DNA of 64,000 nucleotides, taken from assembly GCA_951406725.2 (NCBI GenBank), contig OX597826.1, positions 67,642,001-67,706,000 on the forward strand. Reading direction: 5' to 3'. The position numbers and the translations under genes are program-made. Source of the DNA: Octopus vulgaris. Lineage: Eukaryota. The notes under the pieces were generated by a model. The model was not told where the DNA came from. It made no database searches and worked only from the letters and a program-made list of their open reading frames with translations. This document shows positions 55,390 to 64,000 of this stretch, in pieces (the stretch's first letter is position 1; every line of letters starts with the position of its first letter).

Positions 55390-56090
55390 AAGGAGGGAAG
55401 GAAAGAGTGAAGGACGGAGGGAGAGATAAGATAAGAGGCCGGAGAGAGAGGGACGGAGGGGGAGATAAGGTATGAGGCGGGAGAGAGAGAGGGACGGAGG
55501 GGTAGATAAGGTAAGAGGCGGGAGAGAGAGAGAGGGTCGAGGAGAGATAAGGTAAGAGGCGGAAGAGAGAGGGACGGAGGGGAGAAAAGGTAAGAGGCGG
55601 GAGAGAGAGGGAAGCGAGGGATATGGCATGAGATGGTAAGGGATTGGGAGAAAGATAGAGAGAAGGATGAAAGGAGACCAAGAGAGGGAGAGAGTAGGGA
55701 GAGAGGGAAAGATAGGGAAAGTGAGAGAGAGAGACAAAAGGAGAGAGTAGGAGAGAGAGATGGAATGACAGGGAAAGAGAGAGAGTGAGGGAGAGAGAAA
55801 GAAAGGGAGAGAACAAGAGAGAATTGAGGAGAGAGAGGGAGACAGCAGGAGAAAAGAAAAGACAGTTGGGTTGGAGGGGAGATAAGGGAGAGAAGGAGAG
55901 AGGTAGCATTAGGGAGGAAGGGGAGATGACGGAAATAGAGAGAGAGAGAGAAAGGCAAAGAATGAGAGAGACATGGAGAGCAAAAGAAAACGAGGGCAAG
56001 TGTGAATAAGAGGGACATAGGCGAGCAAAGGGGAGAGAGACAGAAAGAGAGAGAGGGGGTAGAAAGAGAGAAGGTAAGAAAATAAAAGGA
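55390..56090. repeat. GA-rich tract with a ~40-bp minisatellite at its left end
   Basis: GGACGGAGG at 55412, 55451, 55492 and 55572. Confidence 0.88.
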
Positions 56091-56340
56091 AACCAATTAT
56101 CTCTAATACACAGTATTTTATACGAAGAACACAGGACAAAAATTAAAAGTTGATTTTGGTGGGATTCAGAACGCAGAGAACCAGAACGAATACCAATTAT
56201 GAGATTGGTAATAATTTCTTTAACTTTTAGGTTTGATAACGATGGTTTGTTATTAATTTTCTTCTAAGTTTTAATGATCTTGATTGATCTTGTCTTTGAT
56301 GTTTTTCATATAGGTTTTGCTTTGGCGATGAAATAATGAA

Positions 56341-56418
<78 letters not shown>

Positions 56419-56419
56419 C

Positions 56420-56499
<80 letters not shown>

Positions 56500-56505
56500 A
56501 TATCT
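56341..56505. repeat. (TATC)n microsatellite
   Basis: Tetranucleotide run. Confidence 0.97.
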
Positions 56506-56509
56506 GTGT

Positions 56510-56565
56510 GGTAGCGCAATGGCCCAGTGGTTAGGGCAGCGGACTTGCGGTCATAGGATCGCGGT

Positions 56566-56614
<49 letters not shown>

Positions 56615-56748
56615 GCGCTGGAGCGGCTCTGTGGTAAGAAGCTTGCTATCCAGCCACCTGATTCCTGGTTCAGGCCTATTGTGTGGCACCTTGGGCAAAT
56701 GTCTTTTACTGTAGTGGATTTGATGGACAGAAACTGAAAGAAGCCCGT

Positions 56749-56750
<2 letters not shown>
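56510..56750 (+). mobile_element. SINE fragments (head C at ~56510-56556, family B at ~56613-56750)
   Basis: GCGCAATGGCCCAGTGGTTAGGGCAGCGGAC and GGCTCTGTGGTAAG..GGCACCTTGGGCAA. Confidence 0.75.
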
Positions 56751-56789
<39 letters not shown>

Positions 56790-57574
56790 AACCTAAGTAC
56801 TCAAAGAAACAATAACACACCCACTTACAAACGCACAGAAGCACTGTCTCTCTTTCTCCCCTCCCCCCATATCTTTCTGTCTCACTCTCTCTGACACGTA
56901 TTCACTCTTTCACACGCAATCATTCACACACAAACATTCATGTTAGATATTCATGGTAGGAACTTAACTCTGGTTAAGTGAGGCATTGCTTTTCCCATAA
57001 CGACCACAAAATATGACTATAAACGCTACTGTGTGCCTTCTACTCACAATTAGGTTTCCGTTGAAAATTCAGACATTCGTACCATTCCTCTGAACTTATG
57101 TTTATATCGATGTTCTTGCTTTTGCTTAGCAGTGTGATCGATGTTGTCTGGAAACTGTTAAAATAAGCTAGCCATTAAAATTTTAATGACGTTTGAGAGT
57201 CACGCTGCCCTACTGAAGAGGAAATAATATTCTGTCATAGATTTTAGTATAAGGAATGAAAAATAGCTTCTTTTTTGTAGTTTTATGAAAATTAATTACA
57301 TTAGTGGAATTAAAAAAGTGGATACTCAGAAACCAACTGCACCAGTGGAGGAAAATTCAGAGATGAGTGACAGATTTAGTTAATTGATATGGATGCTTTA
57401 AGTAGTTTTTTTTTTTCAATAAACTTAAATCTTCTTATTCTAACTATATTGTTTAATCTCAGAATGTATGTAGGAACGTTCAAATGCATGATAGAGAAAT
57501 AGACTACGTTCTGCAACTGCGAACCTGAAAGTACGCTATATGTCAGCTACAATCACACAATATATATATATACA

Positions 57575-58398
57575 CTCTTTTCTCTCTTTTACTCTTTTAC
57601 TTGTTTCAGTCATTTGACTGCGGCCATGCTGGAGCACCGCCTTTATTCGAGTAAATCGACCCCGGGACTTATTCTTTGTAAGCCCAGTACTTATTCTATC
57701 GGTCTCTTTTGCCGAACCGCTAAGTGACGGGGACGTAAACACACCAGCGTCGGTTGTCAAGCAATGCTAGGGGGACAAACACAGACACACAAACACACAC
57801 ACATACACATATATATACATATATACGACAGGCTTCTTTCAGTTTCCGTCTACCAAATCCACTCACAAGGCATTGGTCGGCCCGAGGCTATAGCAGAAGA
57901 CACTTGCCCAAGATGCCACGCACTGGGATTGAACCCGGAACCATGTGGTTGGTTAGCAAGCTACTTACCACACAGCCACACTTGTATACATATATATATA
58001 TATACATATGCGACGGGCTTCTATCAAGTTTCCGACTACCAAATCCACTCACAAGTCTTTGGTCGGCTCGAGGCTATGTTAGTAGAGAGCCACCAGAGGT
58101 GCCACCTCTATGTGAGACTTAACCCCGAAGCATGTGGGTGGGAAGCAAGATTCGTACCATATTGTCACGCCTGCACATATATATTTCAATCTGCAACACC
58201 ATTTTTAAAACACGTAAAAAGAAAAATAAATCCGTATGTATGGAAAAATTATTTTTCTCTTTTAACTCTTTTACTTGTTTCAGTCATCCGACGGTGGCCA
58301 CGCTGGAGCACCACCCCCAGTCGAGCAAATCGACCCCAGGACTTATTCATTGGAAGCCTAGTACTTATTCTATCGGCCCCTTTTGCCGAACCGCTAGT
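57575..58398 (-). mobile_element. Cluster of family B SINEs (full 57575-57980; partial 58010-58175 and 58255-58398)
   Basis: Three co-oriented matches to the family B consensus. Confidence 0.88.
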
Positions 58399-58460
58399 TA
58401 TACATACATAAATACATACATACATACATACATACATACACACAAGCACACACACGCACG

Positions 58461-58548
<88 letters not shown>

Positions 58549-58904
58549 CACTATGTCTGCACTAATCTGTACTGTGCAATTTATAGCATATATCCAATGC
58601 AGACTTGTAAAATGTTATATTACACACTACAATAAATGATATTTGCAAAATGATGTCTGCGAAACAGCCGTCATCCTATGTATATCAACTGGTGAAGTAG
58701 ATATATTCATCTCATCGCGCTGAAGTTCATATTCTATGCACTCCTAAAGAAATAACTTTCACTGACTGGGTTTACTTAATTAAATCTGCATAGAACTATA
58801 CATTACACCCCTACATATTGGTATAATATGCTGTCTGTAGCACGGTCCACACATGGAACTTTTTCTGGTTACCAGTGGATGAAGTAAATCCATATATTGT
58901 ACAT

Positions 58905-58969
<65 letters not shown>

Positions 58970-59216
58970 CATTTGTAATCAAACACGGAAGGCTTTGTAA
59001 GTTACAAATATTATATATAGTATTAGACAGTTCAAGCATATATTAACGAAGCTTGGCTCAAATTAATGGGTGATGGTTTGGCCCAATCCAATGCACAAGG
59101 AGCCATGTTAGCGTTGATTTGTGGGTTCGATTCTGGCTGCGGCTAGCTCATCATTCTTGACTCATTTGTTAGTATGTATAAATTGTCGCTTCAAATCAGA
59201 GAATAAAATAATATAA

Positions 59217-59265
<49 letters not shown>

Positions 59266-59309
59266 CATACGTATATATATATATATACATACATACATAC
59301 ACACACATT

Positions 59310-59347
<38 letters not shown>

Positions 59348-60109
59348 AACATATAGGTACATATTATTTATCATTTATTGTTAAATAGAACGCGATGTAT
59401 CCATTTCCATGTATATACATGCACATATGTGTGTGTGATATACATATATACAGGTATATACATATATATATCTTTGTGTATACATATGTATGTTTGTGCA
59501 TATATACATGTATACAGACGTACATACATATATAATGGTTGACGTCATAAGAATTTCGTACATATCTGAGCGAAAATGAAACAATTGCTTTTTGAAATAG
59601 TGATTCTCGAAAGTATTGACACACGGCTATATGAAATAGCATGTTACCACTCGCTTGAAAAACTCTTTTGGAGAGAACATGTCAAGTGATGCATGTGGGA
59701 CTCGAACAATCATTACTCCTAGACATGATAAACATTTTGCCCTAGAACCAAATCAATCCTTGGAATTTCTCAATCTAGTTTATAAACTTAATTCTAAAAA
59801 GTGAGAATTTTATGTTGAACTTTTCCTATAATTAAAAGGAACGAAAGATATACTTAGTTTAATTTAGTGGGGTTTGAAATCAGAGTTTATGTATCTGTAA
59901 TATAGAGTCCAATCCAATTTTTCTTACTCTAACGTCCTCAGCCATTTTGACGCCATCTTTACGCTTCTTTTTGTCCTCAAATGATAGGAGAACTCAATAT
60001 GTGAATACTCAGCTTGAATTTTAATCTCTAGAATTGAGTTACTTTTGCTGCAGTGCCAGTCTCTGAGTGTTCGTGTAAATGCATCATACGTACGTACATA
60101 CATACATTT

Positions 60110-60497
60110 TTTTTTACTTGTTTCAGTCATTTGACTGCGGCCATGCTGGAGCACCGCCTTTAGTCGAGCAACTCGACACCGGGACCTATTCTTTGTAAGC
60201 CCAGTACTTATTCTATCGGTCTCTATTGCCGAACCGCTAGGTGACGGGGACATAAACACACCAGCATCGGTTGTCAAGCAATGCAAGGGGGACAAACACA
60301 GACACACAAACACACACGCACACACATATATATATATATATTCATATACGACGGGCTTCTTCCAGTTTCCGTCCACTCACAAGGCTTTGGTCGGCCCGAG
60401 GCTATAGTAGAAGACACTTGCCCAAGGTGCCACGCAGTGGGACTGAACCCGGAATCATGTGGCTGGTAAGCAAACTACTTACCACACAGCCACTCCT
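60110..60497 (-). mobile_element. SINE family B
   Basis: Near full-length reverse copy. Confidence 0.92.
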
Positions 60498-60630
60498 CCA
60501 CCTATATACATACATACATACATACATACATACATACATACATACATACTTATAGACAGACAGAAAGGCAGACAAATACGTGCTTTCCCACATGCTGCTC
60601 TACACATATACACGCACATGTGTAGGGAAG

Positions 60631-61047
60631 GGCGGCGAGCTGGCAGAATCGTTAGCACGCCGGACGAAATTCTTAGCGGTATTTCGTCTGCCGCTACGTC
60701 CTGAGTTCAAATTCCGCCGAGGTCGACTTTGCCTTTCATTCTTTCGGGGTCGATAAATTAAGTACCAGTTACGCATTGGGATCGATATAATCGACTTAAT
60801 CCGTTTGTCTGTCCTTGTTTGTCCTCTCTGTGTTTAGCCCCTTCTGGGTAGTAAAGAAATAGGTATTTCGTCTGCCGCTACGTCCTAAGTTCAAATTCCG
60901 CCGAGGTCGACTTTGCCTTTCATTCTTTCGGGGTCGATTGAATAAATACCAGTTACGCAGTGGGTTCGAAGAAATCGACTTAATCCGTTTGTCTGTCCTT
61001 GTTTCTACCCTCTATGTTTAGCCCCCCCTGTGGGTAGTAAAGAAATA
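60631..61047 (+). mobile_element. SINE family A, dimeric
   Basis: Head plus units starting at 60678 and 60862. Confidence 0.93.
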
Positions 61048-61316
61048 TATACACGCACATGCTTCCCTCCACATATACACACGCACAGACATACCAAAGC
61101 ATACATAGAAATTTATACACACGCGAATGCACAAACACACAGACCTCCCCACACACATACACACACTTACATACATATATTAATTATTGAACAACAAGGA
61201 AACAGGAATTTATGCCATCATGTAAATTAGTTGACAGATGTTTCCTGTCTAAGAAGCATTGTACTCAGCCATACAACTACAATATCATGTTACATGGTAT
61301 TATAGCCACTCTATAA

Positions 61317-61547
61317 AGCGGCGAGCTGACAGAAACGTTAGCACGCTGGGCGAAATGCTTTGCAATATCTAGTCTGCCGCTACGTTCTGAGTTCAAATTC
61401 TGCCGAGCTCGACTTTGCTTTTCATCCTTTCGGGGTCAATTAAATAAGTATCAGTTACGCACTGGGGTCGATATAATCGACTTAATCCATTTGTCTGTCC
61501 TTGTTTGTCCTCTCTGTGTTTAGTCCCTTGTGGGTAGTAAAGAAATA
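61317..61547 (+). mobile_element. SINE family A, monomeric
   Basis: Imperfect TSD GGTATTATAGCCACTCT (61296-61312) / GGTATTCTAGTCACTCT (61548-61564). Confidence 0.9.
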
Positions 61548-61755
61548 GGTATTCTAGTCACTCTGACAATGCAGCAAATATTTTGTTTAATTCTCTTCGA
61601 CGTCTTGTCCTTGCCTCACCACTTTGGTCTTCCTTTCGCCAACACAGGGAGTAAGCGTGATATATTTTGGTTCTAAATGCGCATGACATTCCCTGCTAGT
61701 ATCAGTACAGCTCAGCATCAGTGCCAGTTGAGATACTTCTAGAAGGGCCGAAATC

Positions 61756-61817
<62 letters not shown>

Positions 61818-61818
<1 letters not shown>

Positions 61819-62214
61819 TAGCAGTATCGCCCGGCGTTGCTCGGGTTTGTAAGGGAAATAACTATATAAGTATTTTTAGAGAGTTATAGCCAAAAACTAG
61901 CAAAAAAATGCATTAAAAATGGGAAAAAAATGATGGTAATTTTTTAAAAAATCGTCGACTCATCGTAGACATTTTTAGAGAGTTACTTCCCTTATATAAT
62001 AGCGAAAAAAAATTCATTAAAATGGAAAAAATGATGGTAATTTTTTTTAAAATCGTAGACTCATCGTAGACGCGCGCTAATACCCAGAAGGGCTCGATAT
62101 GAATCACGACTATAAGATATCCGGTTTTGGTTAAACTGCACCGCAAAATGTGGGAGTAGTTAGGAATCTAAATCGTAGGAGACAGAAACACTATTTGACT
62201 TTTATATATAAAGA
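61818..62214 (-). mobile_element. Non-autonomous Helitron (second copy)
   Basis: On the minus strand A|TCTTTATATATAAAAG...CCCGAGCAACGCCGGG..CTAG|T, inserted in (TA)n. Confidence 0.9.
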
Positions 62215-62945
62215 TATATACACACACATCAAAAATACTAAAATGGGATAAGAACGCAAAGCATCCAGAGAGGTGATACAAAAAAGGGTCAAAACATCCA
62301 GACAGACGATACAAAGAAAACAAGGATGGGTCATTCGGAGTTTTCTTTCCTCTGTCGAGTTCCAGATTATATTTGCAATTTCGGCTTGTTATACTCGAGA
62401 TTGCTCCAATCTAACCAGCCGAAGGTAAAAAAAAAAAAACTAAGCTAAGAGCTTGGAAGCAGCGAATGTATACGAAAACAAGGACGGAAAAACGCATAAA
62501 TAGTACACAAATACCAATAACAGGACATTAACAACGGGGGGGGTCGGGGTGGGTTTGATTAAGAACGAAGTAAATTAAGCTGGCTTGTGTGGAAGTAAAG
62601 TCTTACGGCAGGCAGGGACATATGGTTTGACAGGCACAGGGAAGAATAAACATGTTGCACGGATGGTAGTCGAACCAAGAAAGAAAGGTCAGGCTTGGCC
62701 GAACACCGGTCACGTGGGGAGAGAAGAGAGATGTAGAGGCAGAACCCCCTCTCTCATACTTCCTGGCCTTCTCTTCATGCTCACCTTCCCTCCTCTTTCA
62801 CTTCACTCTGTCCCTTTCATTTTTTCTCACCCCTCCTTAATTCTTCTATCCCTCTGCCAAATTTGGTCATACGAGAGTTAAACATAATAGCAACGATATA
62901 TATCTTACACCACACGCACACATATATAGACACACACATTATGCA

Positions 62946-63007
<62 letters not shown>

Positions 63008-63067
63008 GCTTGTATGCATATATTATATGTAGACATGCACTCGTATGTTTAGATTTTTGCTTCCGGA

Positions 63068-63425
63068 GTTACTCTTTTACTTGTTTCAGTCATTTGACTG
63101 CGGCCATGCTGGAGCACCGTCTTTAGTCGAGCAAATCGACCCCGGGACTTATTCTTTGTGAGCCCAGTACTTATTCTATCGGTATCTTTTGCCGAACCGC
63201 TATGTGAACACACCAGCATCGGTTGTCAAGCAAAGCTAAGGGGACAAACACAGACACACAAACATATACACACACACTTATATATATATACAAATATACG
63301 ACAGTCTTCTTTCAGTTTCCGTCTACAAAATCCACTCACAAGGCATTGGTCGGCCCGGGGCTATAGCAGATGACACTTGCCCAAGATGCCACGCAAGCTA
63401 CTTACCATACAGCCACTCCTGCGCC
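63068..63425 (-). mobile_element. SINE family B
   Basis: Reverse copy with deletions. Confidence 0.9.
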
Positions 63426-64000
63426 TATTTATTTCAGGTTATAGATATGTTTATTAGAAAGCATGATTAAATGTTATTCCTAGTTATGCATTCCCCTGTA
63501 CAAGAATGTATAATTTATATACATCCTCTTTTTTTCAAACATTAGGCAGAGTAACTTCCACAAAGGATCATGGAGTGGAAATATATATGTGTTTGTATGT
63601 GTGTCTATGTGCGTGTGTGTAGAACATTAAATTACATGCGCTCTGGTACGGGAGTTCCAGGCTTTCGAAGAGTGTGGTTCCGCTTCTTAGCCACTCTGAC
63701 CAGAAGCAGTATCGGCTATCAGGTGTTCAGCTATGGTTTAAATTAGCAGATGTGACAACAAACCATCTGAGTGTTGGGCCGCGCAGTTACATGCCCAGGA
63801 GCGACGACTCCTAGCTGCTGTCAAATTATCGTTCTTGAACGAATGAATCAGATACAAAATCTGCAGCTTCACACGATTATTGGTTTTCTTGCATCAGCCT
63901 ATCACTGTGTTCTAACCATGGGGACTCGGAGGATGGTACTCGTGTTTCACAACCGATTATCACTGTAACTGAATGAGCTTACAGCCGTTTCTTTATGGTG

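Noticed and set aside
62230-62880. Possible Penelope-type terminal repeat or other interspersed repeat
   Set aside because: It looks repeat-like, but there is no second copy, TSD, coding motif or canonical ribozyme core in this window, so it cannot be classified.

Overview
This is eukaryotic, AT-rich, microsatellite-saturated DNA, most likely from an octopus (inferred from octopus-type tRNA-derived SINEs and a mollusc-like 5S rRNA copy). I recognise no intact host protein-coding gene, and nearly all ORFs in the supplied track are translations of simple repeats or SINEs. The window is mostly decayed transposons: a full-length mellifera-type mariner, a Tc1, hAT and mariner MITEs, two non-autonomous Helitrons, two R4/Dong-like non-LTR remnants, RTE-like remnants, a Penelope-like RT/GIY-YIG remnant, a Ty3/Gypsy pol with a 3' LTR, and about 25 SINE copies from several families. 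The most notable structures are (i) a minimal hammerhead-ribozyme motif in a small repeat ending in (TA)n, (ii) a three-layer nested insertion whose target-site duplications can all be reconstructed, (iii) SINEs built from interchangeable head and tail modules, (iv) a SINE found as head-to-tail 184-bp multimers with complementary unit ends, and (v) a nearly intact Dong-like element inside a (TAA)n tract. All alignments and translations were done by eye, and no database searches were run.
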